Positions 33,243 to 45,106 of a stretch of 64,000 nt of DNA are shown here, in pieces. A model generated the notes under the pieces. It was not told the origin of the DNA and made no database searches. It saw only the letters and a list, made by a program, of their open reading frames with translations. The translations under genes were made by a program, and so were the position numbers. Location of the stretch: contig JADJCR010000003.1 of the NCBI GenBank assembly GCA_016703125.1, positions 214,505 to 278,504 on the forward strand, written 5' to 3'. The stretch is from Micrococcales bacterium (GTDB lineage Bacteria > Actinomycetota > Actinomycetes > S36-B12 > UBA10799). Position 1 is the first letter of the stretch; the number at the start of each line of letters is the position of its first letter.

Positions 33243-34097
33243 TCAGTCGGCGGTGAGGTCGAGCGCCCAGTGGGTGAAGGAGCGTTCGACGGTCATGCCC
33301 ATCCCGGTGTAGACGTCGAGGGCGCCGGTGTTGGAATCCGTGGACAGGCGCACATGGGGGTAACCGGAGCGCACCGCCCGGGAGCGGGCGGCGGCGATCA
33401 GGGCGCGGGCGTACCCGCGGCGCCGGTGGGTGGCGGCCACGGCCAGTTTGTCGACCCAGATCTCCTCGGACTCGATGAAGAACGCCGCTGCCACGGGCCG
33501 CCCGGCGTCGCGGATCACGACCAGGTCCTCGGGCTGGAACCCCAGGCGGTCGACCGTCGAAGTGCGCCAGCGCTGTGGCGGTACGGGCAAGCGGTCCGGA
33601 TGCTCGGCGAAGGCCGTCTCGATCAGGGCCAGCACCTCGTCGTATTCCTCGGGTGCCGCGGGCGCGGCGGGACTGTCGATCGCGGCCGCCGGCGTGGCGA
33701 GGATCCATGACGTGTAGCGGGGCGTGTATCCGTGGGCGGCGAACCACTCGGCGACGTCGGTGCGGACATCGTCGATCGTCTGTCCGATGCGATCGGCACC
33801 CAGCGCCCCCGCACGCCACTGTGACCACCGCAACAACCACTGGCCGATCCCCTGACCACGGGCATCGGGGTGGACGTCAGCCCACCGCTTGCGGTTGTCC
33901 CAGAGCAGGCCCCAGCCGACGATCCGGCCGGCCTGTACGACGACCACGGCGTCGCGCTCCCGGTCGATATGGACGAGGTCGCCGACAAGATCAGCAGCCT
34001 CGAACATCACCTCACCGGAATCGGCGAGTTCGCAGGCGTTGACCAGGGAGACCACCTCGGGGACGTCCCGGTCGCCCAACGGGCGTGCGTGCCACAC
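33243..34097 (-). CDS. GNAT family N-acetyltransferase (two acetyltransferase domains)
   Basis: 284 aa (GTG 34097). Acetyl-CoA-binding motifs RGQGIGQWLL and RRRGYARALI in two tandem GNAT folds. Confidence 0.75.
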   Translation of the reverse strand: MWHARPLGDRDVPEVVSLVNACELADSGEVMFEAADLVGDLVHIDRERDAVVVVQAGRIVGWGLLWDNRKRWADVHPDARGQGIGQWLLRWSQWRAGALGADRIGQTIDDVRTDVAEWFAAHGYTPRYTSWILATPAAAIDSPAAPAAPEEYDEVLALIETAFAEHPDRLPVPPQRWRTSTVDRLGFQPEDLVVIRDAGRPVAAAFFIESEEIWVDKLAVAATHRRRGYARALIAAARSRAVRSGYPHVRLSTDSNTGALDVYTGMGMTVERSFTHWALDLTAD

Positions 34098-34138
34098 CCA
34101 CCTATTGTCCCTGATGGGCCCTTTGCCAGACTTGGGGC

Positions 34139-35812
34139 ATGGCAGACAAAACGGTGGCAGTCGTCGGAGTGGGCACGGTCGGATCGCAGGTGGCTCGCAT
34201 GGCCGCGGACGCGGGGTGGACCGTCATCGGGATCGAGAAGGATGCTGACAGCGCCAAGGCCGCCAGTGAACGCTCGGGCCTCGAGGTCGGGACCTCACTG
34301 GCCGACGCCGCCGGTGCGGCGATCCTCATCGAATGCCTGCCCGAGAAGAAGGGCGTCAAGCACGCGGTCATCGCTGAGGTGGGCGCGCTGGCGGCCGATG
34401 ATGCTGTGCTCGTCACCACGGCCACTGCACTGTCCGTCACGGACCTGGCTTTGAGTTCAGGAAGGCCCAACCGCGTGCTGGGGCTGTCCCTGCCGCACGA
34501 CCCCCAGCGCACCCACGTGGAACTGGTGAGGCCGGACTTCGCCGACGGCGACGCCGTGGACGCGTTGCAGGCCTTCCTCGCCGACGTGGGCCGGGAGGCC
34601 ACGGTTGTTCGTTCCAAGCCCGGCTACATCGCTGATGGTCTGCTCTTCGGCTACCTCAACCACGCCGTGACCATGTACGAGAGCGGGTACGCCAGCCGCG
34701 ACGACATCGACGCCGCCATGCGCTTCGGCTGTGGCTACCCCGTAGGGGCCGTTGGCGCTGCTGGACAAGATCGGCATCGACACCGCCTACGACGTGCTCG
34801 ACGCGCTGTACTCCAGCACCGGACGCCGCCTGCATGCCCCGGCCCCGATCCTCAAGCAGATGCTCGCAGCGGGACGCACCGGGGAGCAGGCAGGCATCGG
34901 GTTCTACGACCACTCCGGGGCTGCAGGCGAGGCAGGCGGCGACGCCGCCACGGCCGAGGTGCGACCAGTGGCCAGCGTCGGTGTCGTGGGCACCGGCACC
35001 ATGGCCTCCGGCATTGTCGAGGTCTTCGCGAAGAACGGTTACGACGTGGTCTTCGTGGCCCGCAGCGACGAGAAGGTCGCGGGGGTGCGTGCCGCAGTGG
35101 AGAAGTCCCTGGGCAAGGCGGTCGCCAAGGGCAAGATGACCGAGCAGGCCCGCGATGAGGTCCTGGGCCGGATCACCGGCGCGACGGCCCGCGAGGCCCT
35201 GGCCGACGTCGACCTGGTGGTCGAGGCGATCGTCGAGGACCTCGACGTCAAACTCGAGCTGTTCCGCGACCTCGACCGCGTCTGCAAGCCCGGTGCGATC
35301 CTGGCGACCACCACATCGTCCTTGCCGGTGGTGGAGATGGCCGCAGTCACCAGCCGTCCGCAGGACGTGGTGGGCATGCACTTCTTCAACCCCGCGCCGA
35401 TCATGAACTCGTGGAGGAGGTCAGCCCGGTGACCACCGGCGAGGACGTCACCGCCACGGTGGTGGAGTTGTGCGCCAAGATCGGCAAGCACCCCGTGAAG
35501 TGCGGCGACCGGGCCGGGTTCATCGTCAACGCCCTGCTGTTCCCGTACCTCAACGACGCCGTCCTGCTGCTGGAGTCGCACTACGCCACCACTGACGAGA
35601 TCGACACGGTGATGACGAAGGGCGCTGGCTTGCCGCTGGGACCGTTCGCGCTGCTCGACGTCGTCGGCAACGACGTGTCGCTGGCCATCGAGCAGGTCCT
35701 GCACAGCGAGTTCCGGCTGCCCGAACTGGCCCCGGCTCGCCTGCTCGAGCAGATGGTCGAGGCCGGGTACCTGGGTCGCAAGACCCGCCGCGGGTTCCGC
35801 GTCTACGGCTGA
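34139..35812 (+). pseudogene. 3-hydroxyacyl-CoA dehydrogenase family protein (duplicated 3HCDH architecture) with two apparent frameshifts (possibly assembly errors)
   Basis: Three collinear ORFs (34139.., 34752.., 35411..35812) together give one protein: VAVVGVGTVGSQ.., then ..GYPVG|P?LALLDKIGIDTAYDV.. (switch at GGGG 34745-34748), then a second Rossmann VGVVGTGTMASGI..HFFNPAPIM|KLVEEV.. (switch at AA 35406-35407), ending ..GRKTRRGFRVYG*. Confidence 0.8.
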
Positions 35813-35840
35813 TCACGGGTGGCCCTCTACCCTGGAGGCC

Positions 35841-36089
35841 ATGGCCCGCCGCAACCGACGTCGTCCGGACGCCGCACGTCCGCTGTCGCCGGGTTACGCG
35901 AGCCGGCGTGACGAGGGCGACTACATCGTCCAGAACGTGACCGGAGGTCAGGCCGGCAAGGCGTACATCTGCCCGGGCTGCAACCAGGAGATCCGCCCCG
36001 GCGTCCCGCATGTCGTGGCGTGGAACCGGCACCACGGGGCCGACGACCGCCGGCACTGGCACTCGCCGTGCTGGCGGCGGTCTCACTGA
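35841..36089 (+). CDS. conserved small protein with a putative zinc ribbon (function unknown)
   Basis: ATG 35841 after GGAGG (35834-35838). 82 aa with CPGC ... HSPC ligand pattern. From memory, similar small ORFs lie near nucS in other actinobacteria. Confidence 0.55.
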   Translation: MARRNRRRPDAARPLSPGYASRRDEGDYIVQNVTGGQAGKAYICPGCNQEIRPGVPHVVAWNRHHGADDRRHWHSPCWRRSH

Positions 36090-36496
36090 ATCCGGGTGGC
36101 CACCGGCGTCGGCAGTTCGAGGCTGCGGCCCACGGTGCACAACCGGTCGTGGGACCGCTGCACGGCAACTGGCAGCACGTCGCGGGCCGCGTCACCGTCC
36201 GGACCGTCATCGAAGCGCAGGGAGAAGGTCACCGTGACGTTCTCCAGGTGGTTCCCAGTCGTCGGGTCCGACACCTTGTCCGCCTCGACGGTGATCTCGA
36301 ACCGGCTGGGTTCGCTGCGCCGTGACGTGAGGTGGTCGACGTCAATGCCGGTGCACCCGCCGAGCGCTGCCAGCAGCAGCTCGACGGAGGAGAACTGATC
36401 CTCGCCCTCGCCGAAACCCAGTTCGGTGCCGGCTTCGTTCGTGGCGACGTACTGACTGAGGGCAGTCCGGGTGATGCGCACGGTCGACATGGGCAA
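36083..36496 (-). CDS. OsmC family protein (peroxiredoxin-like)
   Basis: 137 aa with ..LLLAALGGCTGIDV.. and ..SHDRLCTVGRSL.. (the two conserved Cys of the OsmC/Ohr fold). Confidence 0.8.
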   Translation of the reverse strand: MPMSTVRITRTALSQYVATNEAGTELGFGEGEDQFSSVELLLAALGGCTGIDVDHLTSRRSEPSRFEITVEADKVSDPTTGNHLENVTVTFSLRFDDGPDGDAARDVLPVAVQRSHDRLCTVGRSLELPTPVATRIQ

Positions 36497-36678
36497 ACCC
36501 TAGTGTGACAGTGACTCACAGTGACCACGAGGTGGGAGAACAGCGGAGCGTTACGTGGGTTCCTCCCGGGGGCGGGCCCGGGATGGGGGTGGGGGCACCG
36601 CGTCAGGAATCCCTCGCCGACCGGCTTCAGGGGCGATCGGGGGCGTACCCTGTTCAGAACGTGTGACAGGAGGGCCGC

Positions 36679-37662
<984 letters not shown>

Positions 37663-37692
37663 TCAGTCGGTTGCCGGGAGTACCGTTGAGGT

Positions 37693-38593
37693 ATGGCACC
37701 GGTCATCGACGCCCGGGGCGTCGTCAAACGGTTCGGTAGCACGGTGGCCCTGGACGGCCTGGATCTGCAGGTGCAGTCCGGCGAGGTGCACGCGTTCCTT
37801 GGTCCCAACGGCGCCGGGAAGACCACGACGTTGCGCATCCTGTTGGGAATGCTGCGCATCGACGCCGGCACCATCGCACTTCTCGGCGGGGACCCGTGGC
37901 GGGACGCGGTCGAATTGCACACGAAGGTGGCGTACGTCCCCGGCGAGGTGGATCTGTGGCCGCAGTTGACCGGTGGTGAGGTCATCGACATGCTCGGTCG
38001 GCTGCACGGCGGTTTCAACCCGGCACGGCGGGACCGCTACCTGGAGATGTTCGAACTCGACCCGACGAAGAAGTCGCGGGCGTACTCCAAGGGCAATCGG
38101 CAGAAGGTGGCACTGGTCTCGGCACTGTCCACGGACGTGCCCCTCCTGCTGCTCGATGAGCCCACATCCGGTCTGGATCCGCTCATGGACGCCCGCTTCC
38201 GGGAATGCGTCCGGGAGTTCCGTGGCAACGGCGGCACGGTGCTGCTCAGCAGCCACATCCTCAGTGAGGCCGAGGCGCTGTCGGACCGGGTGACGATCAT
38301 CCGCAACGGCAAGGCGATGGAAAGCGGCACGCTGGCGCAGTTGCGACACCTGTCCCGCACGAAGGTGGTGGCCACTGTGGCGAGCATCCCCGACGGGCTG
38401 GACGCGATCCCGGGCGTGCATGAGGTGATCGCCACCGAGGGAAAGGTGACCTGCTCGGTGGACGAGGCCGGCATGGGGCCGTTGATGAGCCTGCTCGCCG
38501 GAGCCGGCCTGCACACGCTGACCAGCCAGCAGGCCAGCTTGGAGGAGGTGTTCCTGCAGCACTACCAGGACGGGCCGTCCGATGGCTGGCTGA
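37693..38593 (+). CDS. ABC transporter ATP-binding protein (ABC-2 exporter type); stop codon lost in the raw sequence through a 1-nt indel
   Basis: Walker A GPNGAGKTT, signature-like YSKGNRQK, Walker B LLLLDEPTSGLD, H-loop SSHIL. The raw ORF reads on to 38937 out of frame with the permease. Removing one base at about 38586-38589 gives ..QDGPSDGC* with TGA at 38591-38593. Confidence 0.8.
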
Positions 38594-40173
38594 CAGGTTC
38601 GCGGGCACGCTGCCCCTCGTCCGCCTGGCCCTGCGGCGCGACCGGATCCTGCTGCCGGCATGGATCATCGGCTTCGCGGGTATGGCGGGCTTCTCCGCCT
38701 CCGCCACGACGGGGCTGTATCCCGGCGAGGCGGAACGCGTGGCCGCTGCCGAGGCCGTCAACTCCACCAGCGCGATGGTCGCGCTGTACGGCCGGATCGC
38801 CGATCCGACGTCAGTCGGGCAGCTTTCGCTGTTCAAACTCACGGCCTTCGGGGCCGCGCTCACCGGCGTCCTCATGGTCTTCATCGTCATCCGGCACACC
38901 CGCGCCGACGAGGAAGCCGGCCGCCTCGAGCTCATGACGGCGGGCAGTCTGGGCCGTCTCGCCCCGCTTGCGGCATCCCTGCTGGTGGCGACCGGGGCCA
39001 GCCTGTTGCTGGGCATGATCAGTGCGCTGGCGCTCATCGGTGCCGGACTGGCCGTGGCGGGTTCGTTCGCCTTCGGCCTTCGGATGGGCGATGACCGGCG
39101 TCGCATTCGCAGCGGTGGCCGGCATCTGTGCGCAGGTCACCACCGGCGCCCGTGCGGCGCGCGGTCTGGCCCTGCTCCTGGTGGCGCTGGCGTACGCCGT
39201 GCGTGCCGTCGGTGACCTCTCCGAAGGCACGTGGCTGTCGTGGCTCTCACCGATCGGCTGGATGCAGCAGGTGCGCGCCTATGCCGGGGACCGGTGGTGG
39301 GTGCTCCTGCTCCCGGTGGCGCTGACCCTGGTGTGCGCACCGGTCGCGTTCTGGTTGCGGGACCGCCGAGACGTGGGAGCCGGTCTCATCACCGACCGTC
39401 CCGGACCGGCCACAGGCAGCATCTCCGGGGTCTTCGGGCTGGCCTGGCGGCTGCAGCGCGGGACCCTGGCGAGCTGGTGTGCCGGGTTCGCCGCCTTCGG
39501 ACTGCTCCTGGGCTCGATCTCCGACTCCGTCACGGGATTCCTGGACTCCCCGCAGGCACGGCAGTTCCTCGAGCAACTCGGTGGTACGCAGGCGCTGGCT
39601 GACGCGTTCCTGGCCACGGAGTTGAGTTTCGCGGGGATCATCGTGGCGGCCTATGGCATTGCGGCAGCATCGCGCCTGCACTCCGAGGAAGTCGAAGGCC
39701 ACCTCGAGCTCCTGCTGGCCACGCCCACCTCCCGGGTCCGGTGGATGCTCAGCCACGCCGTTGTCGCCCTGGTGGGTGTGGCGGTCATCCTGCTCGTCGG
39801 TGGCCTGGCGATGGGCATCGGGAACGCCATCGCCCTGGGCGAGGCCGACCGTGCCGGCGCGCTGCTGGCGGCCTCCCTGGCGCGCGTGCCAGCGGCGTGG
39901 GTCATCACCGGTGTCCTGCTCCTGGTGTTCGGGTGGTTGCCACGCCTGGTGCCGGTGGTGTGGGGCGTGTTCGTCGCCGCCCTGGTGATCGGGGAGTTCG
40001 GACCGCTGTGGGATCTGCCGCAGTGGCTCATGGATACCTCCCCGTTCGTGCACTCGCCGCGCCTGCCGGCCGTCGATGCCACGCTGTCCGGATTGATGCC
40101 CCTGACCGTCGTGGCCGCCGCGCTGGTTGCGCTGGGTGTCGTGGGATGGCGCCGCCGGGATCTGCACGGCTGA
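38582..40173 (+). pseudogene. ABC-2 type transporter permease (12-TM type), two apparent frameshifts (possibly assembly errors)
   Basis: ATG 38582 is followed in the raw sequence by MAG*. The same 1-nt correction gives MAADRFAGTLPLVRLALRRDRILLPAWIIGFAGMAGFSASATTGLYPGE.. (frame of ORF 38682..39215). The second switch is at about 39078-39082 into ORF 39022..40173 (..GWAMTGVAFAAVAGICAQV..). Confidence 0.75.
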
Positions 40174-40186
40174 CTAGGCTGCAAGG

Positions 40187-40921
40187 GTGGAGCGGATTGC
40201 TGCGAACTCGGTGCTGCCCGCCCTCCGCGAGCCACTGACCCTGGTCACGGGCGACGGCCTGCACCTGGTGGGCGAGTTGGCGCTGCCCGCGGAGCCACCC
40301 GCCGCCACGATCGTGTGCGTGCATCCGCTGCCCACACACGGCGGCATGATGGATTCGCACCTGTTCCGCAAGGCCGCGTGGCGACTTCCCGCACTGGCCG
40401 GTCTGGCGGTCCTGCGGTTCAACACGCGAGGGACCACAAGTGCGGCGGGAACCTCCGAGGGGCAGTTCGACGCCGGCACCGCCGAGGGCCTGGACCTTGC
40501 GGCTGCGGTGGATCTCGCGGCTGCTCGCGACCTGCCCGACATCTGGTTGGTCGGGTGGAGTTTCGGCACGGACGTCGTGCTGCGCCACGGCCTGCTGCCG
40601 CGGGTGCGGGGGGCGATCCTGCTCAGCCCGCCGATGCGGTACGCGACCGACGACGACCTTGACCGCTGGGCGCAGGACGGCCGCCCGCTGACGGTCCTCG
40701 TCCCAGAGTTCGACGACTTCCTGCCGCCATCGCTGGCACAACCACGGTTCGACCGCGTGCCGCAGGCGCGGTTCACCGCAGTCGCTGGGGCGAAGCACCT
40801 GTGGGTCGGGGAGAAGTACGCCTCGATCGTCCTCGATCAGATCACCGCGACCACGACCGGTCGTGCGACGCCTTTGCCGTCCGAATGGGACGGCCCGATG
40901 AGTAAGTGGAGCGACCTATGA
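40187..40921 (+). CDS. alpha/beta hydrolase
   Basis: GTG 40187. 244 aa with nucleophile elbow GWSFG. Confidence 0.7.
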   Translation: MERIAANSVLPALREPLTLVTGDGLHLVGELALPAEPPAATIVCVHPLPTHGGMMDSHLFRKAAWRLPALAGLAVLRFNTRGTTSAAGTSEGQFDAGTAEGLDLAAAVDLAAARDLPDIWLVGWSFGTDVVLRHGLLPRVRGAILLSPPMRYATDDDLDRWAQDGRPLTVLVPEFDDFLPPSLAQPRFDRVPQARFTAVAGAKHLWVGEKYASIVLDQITATTTGRATPLPSEWDGPMSKWSDL

Positions 40922-41676
40922 GCCAGTTGCAGGGCAAGAAAGCCATCGTCACCGGGGCGTCCCGGGGGATCGGCCACGAGATCGCGCTGGAGTTCGCGCG
41001 CCAGGGTGCCGACGTCGCGGTCATCGCCCGCAGCACCGACCTGCTGGAACAACTCGCCGCGCAGATCGGGGACCTCGGGTGCACGGCCGTGGTGCGCGCT
41101 GCCGACGTCACCGATGCCGAGCAGATCGGTGCGGCGATCCGGGGCGCGGTCGACGAGTTGGGCGGTTTGGACATCGTGGTGAACAACGCGGGCGGGAACA
41201 GCTTCTCGGCGCCGCTGGTAGGGATGCGGTTCAGCGGTTGGCAGAAGACCCAGCGGTTGAACGTCGAATCCGCGGTGCATGTCCTGCAGACCGCCGCACC
41301 CATCCTGCTGGAGCAGAAGTCCGGCTCGGTGGTCAACCTGGCGAGTGTGGCCGGGATCGTCGGGGCGCCCCTGATGAGTCACTATGGGGCCGCGAAAGCC
41401 GCGATCATCTCCTTGACCCGCAGCCTGGCGGTGGAGTGGGCGTGGGCAGGGGTCCGCGTGAACACCCTGCTCCCCGGATGGATCGAGACCGACCTGACCC
41501 AGTTCCTGCGGGATGCGCCCGACGGGGGTGCCGGCGCACTGGCGAGGGTCCCGATGCAGCGGTGGGGGACGACCGCCGAGATCGCCGCCGGGGCCGTCTT
41601 CCTGGCCTCGGATGCCTCATCCTTCATGACCGGCCAGGAACTCGTGCTCGACGGCGGCTTGACAGTGATGCCGTGA
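40918..41676 (+). CDS. SDR family oxidoreductase (FabG-like)
   Basis: ATG 40918 overlaps the upstream stop (ATGA). TGASRGIG, NNAG, YGAAK. Confidence 0.85.
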   Translation: MSQLQGKKAIVTGASRGIGHEIALEFARQGADVAVIARSTDLLEQLAAQIGDLGCTAVVRAADVTDAEQIGAAIRGAVDELGGLDIVVNNAGGNSFSAPLVGMRFSGWQKTQRLNVESAVHVLQTAAPILLEQKSGSVVNLASVAGIVGAPLMSHYGAAKAAIISLTRSLAVEWAWAGVRVNTLLPGWIETDLTQFLRDAPDGGAGALARVPMQRWGTTAEIAAGAVFLASDASSFMTGQELVLDGGLTVMP

Positions 41677-41721
41677 GCCGGCGACTTGCCTGCAACCACA
41701 GCCATCGGAAAGGGTGGAGTC

Positions 41722-42126
41722 ATGGGTAACCGAATCGACACGTTGCGCTCAGGCCTGGAGACCGTCCAGGAGGCTCTGGCCAGCGTGGACCACGTAGTGA
41801 AGAACGCCGACACCGCGCTGACGGACACCGACGGCGTGTTGGGCAAGGCCGATGACGCGCTGGAACTGGCCGCCCGTGGTCTGGAGAAGGGCAGGCGCTA
41901 CCTGCCGAAGGTCGCGCTGGGCCTGGCGGTGGTGGGGGTGGGGATAGCCGCGGCCGTGGTGGTCCGCAGGACCCGCCTGGGGCGGGCAGCGGCGAAGGAA
42001 CAGGTGCTCGAACAGCGAGAAGAGCCTGCGGCGCCCGTCAGCGTGCAGGATCTGGCTGAGGACTCCGGCACCGACGCCAGTGACCTCGCGGACGCCGCCG
42101 ACGCCGTGGACGGCGAACGCGGATGA
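41722..42126 (+). CDS. hypothetical protein with one TM segment
   Basis: ATG 41722 after AAGGGTGGAG. Helical N-terminus, TM segment (VALGLAVVGVGIAAAVVV), acidic C-terminus. Its stop overlaps the next start (ATGA). Confidence 0.45.
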   Translation: MGNRIDTLRSGLETVQEALASVDHVVKNADTALTDTDGVLGKADDALELAARGLEKGRRYLPKVALGLAVVGVGIAAAVVVRRTRLGRAAAKEQVLEQREEPAAPVSVQDLAEDSGTDASDLADAADAVDGERG

Positions 42127-42854
42127 CCCAGGTCGTCCTGCTGCACGCTTTTCCAGTCAACCGGCATCTCTGGGACGCCCAGGTCGAGTACCTCACGAAG
42201 GTCGGCTTCAAGGTCACGGCGCCGGATCTGGGCGGCTTCGGGGATTCCCGGGCGCCGCAGGACCCGACGATCTCGGCCATGGCCGAGCAGGCACTGTCGC
42301 ACGTGAGCCGACCGGCGGTCTTCGTGGGCCTGTCCATGGGCGGGTACCTGCTCATGGAGATCCTCCGGCAGGCACCGGAGGTCGTCACGGGTGCCGTCTT
42401 CATGGACACGAAGGCCACCGCCGACCCCGACGAGGGCCGGACGCAGCGCCTGGCCGTGGCGCAGGCGGTGCAGGAAGCCGGTCACACGCGTGACCTGGCC
42501 GAGACGATGTTGCCGCACCTGCTCGGCGCCACCACCCGGGCGCAACGCCCCGAAGTGGTCGACCGGGTCCGGACGTGGATCGAGAACGCCCCGGTGGAGG
42601 CGGTGGTCAGCGCCCAGCACGCGATGGCTGGCCGACCGGACTCGGTGCCCACGCTGCGCACGTACGAGGGCCCGGCGCTGGTGGTGTGGGGGTCTGAGGA
42701 CACGATCTCCCCGCCGGCCGACCAGAAGGTGTTCCTGTCGGCGATGCCGCAGGCAGTGGGCCGGGAGATCCCAGCCGCTGGGCACTTGAGCGCGGTGGAG
42801 ACCCCCGACGATGTCAACGACGTGCTGCTCGAGGCCCTGACCGACTGGAGTTAG
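42123..42854 (+). CDS. alpha/beta fold hydrolase
   Basis: 243 aa with ..LLHAFP..DLGGFGDS.. and elbow GLSMGGY. Confidence 0.75.
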   Translation: MTQVVLLHAFPVNRHLWDAQVEYLTKVGFKVTAPDLGGFGDSRAPQDPTISAMAEQALSHVSRPAVFVGLSMGGYLLMEILRQAPEVVTGAVFMDTKATADPDEGRTQRLAVAQAVQEAGHTRDLAETMLPHLLGATTRAQRPEVVDRVRTWIENAPVEAVVSAQHAMAGRPDSVPTLRTYEGPALVVWGSEDTISPPADQKVFLSAMPQAVGREIPAAGHLSAVETPDDVNDVLLEALTDWS

Positions 42855-42946
42855 GCAGGCGGCCCGGTGGTGCACCGTGGGTCACGCGTCGACGCGCTGG
42901 GGTGGCCGCGCTCGGCGCGTGAGCGCCCACACCTAGGCTGGGAGGC

Positions 42947-44685
42947 GTGCCTGCGCTGGTCGTCACCGATGCCGTGACCGTGCGTCGGGGCACGGCCACG
43001 ATCCTCGACGAGGTGTCCCTGGGACCGTCCGACGGGGATCGTGTCGGGGTGGTCGGGCGCAATGGTGCGGGGAAGTCGACGCTGCTTCGGACGCTGGCCG
43101 GGGACGGCCTCCCCGATGCGGGGCGGGTCACCTTCAGTGGCGGTTGCCGGGTGCGGCTGGTCACCCAGCACGACGTCCTGTCCGGTGAGACGGTCCGTGA
43201 CGTTGTGGTCGGGTCGGGACCCGAACACGAATGGGCCGCTGATCCGCGGGTCCGGACGATCGTCAACGGGCTGCTTGAACCGTCGTGGATGGAGCGGCCC
43301 ACATCGGCACTCAGCGGTGGGCAGTCGCGCAGGGTGGCCCTTGCGGCGGCACTCGTGGCGCTGCCCGATGTGCTGTTGCTCGACGAACCGACCAATCACC
43401 TCGACCTCGCCGCGATCGGCTGGCTGGCCGACCACCTGAACACCTGGCCAGGCACCCGGCGTGCGCTGGTCGTGGTGACGCACGACCGGTGGTTCCTCGA
43501 CGCGGTCACCACCCGGACCTGGGAGGTGGGTGGGGGAGCAGTGGACCAGTACGACGGAGGCTACGCCGCCTACGTGCTGGCCAAGGCCGAGCGCGACCTG
43601 CAACGGCAGGCGCAGGAGTCGCGCCGCCGCAACCTGTTGCGCAAGGAGTTGGCGTGGCTGCGTCGCGGCCCGCCTGCGCGTACGTCGAAGCCCAAGTTCC
43701 GCCAGGATGCGGCACTGGCCCTCATCGAGGATGAACCACCGCCGCGCGACCGGCTGGCTCTGCAGCGGGTGGCCATGAGCCGCCTCGGCAAGGATGTTCT
43801 GGATCTCGAGGACGTCGGGGCTGGTCCCGCGCCCGGAGCCGACCCGGTCCTGCGCCACCTCACGTGGGGGATCGGGCCGGGCGACCGGGTGGGGGTGCTC
43901 GGGCCCAATGGTGCGGGCAAGACGACCTTGTTGCGGGTCCTGTCGGGCCAGTTGCCGCTGAGCGCGGGGCAGCGCCGGGAGGGCAAGACCGTACGCACCG
44001 CGGTGGTGGACCAGCGGCTCCCGGCCGTGGATGCCGACGCCCGTGTGCTGCCATGGCTGCAGGAGGTGGGCCAGCACATCGTCGTGGCCAGTGGCGAGGA
44101 CCTGACCCCATCGCAGTTGCTCGAGCAGTTCGGCTTCACCGGTGATGCCGCCTGGAAGCGGCTCGGCGACCTGTCCGGCGGCGAACTGCGGCGTCTGCAC
44201 CTGCTGCGGACGTTCCTGTCAGGGGCGAACGTGATCATGCTCGACGAGCCGACCAACGATCTGGACACCGAGACGCTGACGGTGCTCGAGGACGTGCTGG
44301 ACGGGTGGTCCGGCAGCCTCGTGGTGGTCTCCCACGACCGGTATTCCTGGAACGGGTCTGCGACGACGTCTGGGCGCTGGCCGACGGGCAGGTGCGGCAC
44401 CTGCCCGGAGGGGTGGACGAGTACCCTGCGACACCGGCGCCGCCAGCGCGTGAGCCGGAGCGCCCCCGCGGTGGCGACACCCGGGCAGCCCGTAGAGAAC
44501 TGGCCCGCATCGAACGCGAAATGGGCAAGGCGCAGACCCGGATCGACGACATCCATGCGCGCATGGCGGAGGCCGCCACCGATGGGGAGGCGCTGATCGG
44601 GCTAGGGCGCGACCTCAGTGCCGCACAGGTCGACCTCGAAGCCCTCGAGGAGCGCTGGCTGGCGGCGGCGGAAGCCGCTCAGTGA
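42947..44685 (+). pseudogene. ABC-F family ATPase (two ABC cassettes, no TM domain), apparent single-base frameshift (possibly an assembly error)
   Basis: Cassette 1: GRNGAGKST / LSGGQSRR / LLLDEPTNHLD. Cassette 2: GPNGAGKTT / LSGGELRR / IMLDEPTNDLD. After ..VVVSHDRY the conserved FLERVCDDVWALADGQVRHLPGGVDEY.. and the coiled-coil tail continue in ORF 44305..44685. The TT at 44344-44345 appears one T short. Confidence 0.85.
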
Positions 44686-45044
44686 CTTCCGGCCTGGTTG
44701 GGGAGCTCCCACAGTTCGATGGGCAAGCCCTCAGGGTCGTGCACGCGCACGAAACGTCCGTACTCTGCCTCCCACTCAGGTCGACGCTCGACGGCAATCC
44801 CGGCGGCTTCGAACCGGTTCACCACGTCGTCCAAGTCAGTGACCCGGAGATTGAGCATGAACGGCTGGTCATCCGGGAAGTAGTCACTGTCGGCGGCGAA
44901 CGGGGCGAACACGGTCATCCCACTGTCCTGGTGCCACATGGCATCCGCGCCGGCTTCGATGCCGAGGTACTCGCGGTACCACGCGACCCTGGATTGCGGA
45001 TCGCGACTACGGAAGAACAGTCCACCGATTCCCGTGACAGCCAT
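44679..45044 (-). CDS. VOC family protein (glyoxalase/bleomycin-resistance fold)
   Basis: 121 aa with ..GIGGLFFRSRDP..WY...LG.. and ..VRVHDPEGLPIELWE. Confidence 0.75.
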   Translation of the reverse strand: MAVTGIGGLFFRSRDPQSRVAWYREYLGIEAGADAMWHQDSGMTVFAPFAADSDYFPDDQPFMLNLRVTDLDDVVNRFEAAGIAVERRPEWEAEYGRFVRVHDPEGLPIELWELPNQAGSH

Positions 45045-45106
45045 GCCCGCAATCTAGTTCGTCCCAGCCGCAGCGCCAATGGGTCGGCCTGGCTGCATGG
45101 TCCCGG

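Noticed and set aside
37693-38937. 414-aa extended ABC ATPase, or a possible ATPase-permease fusion.
   Set aside because: The extension after ..QHYQDGPSDG is Pro/Arg/Ser/Trp-rich and lies out of frame over genuine permease sequence. A single-base correction restores separate ATPase and permease genes.
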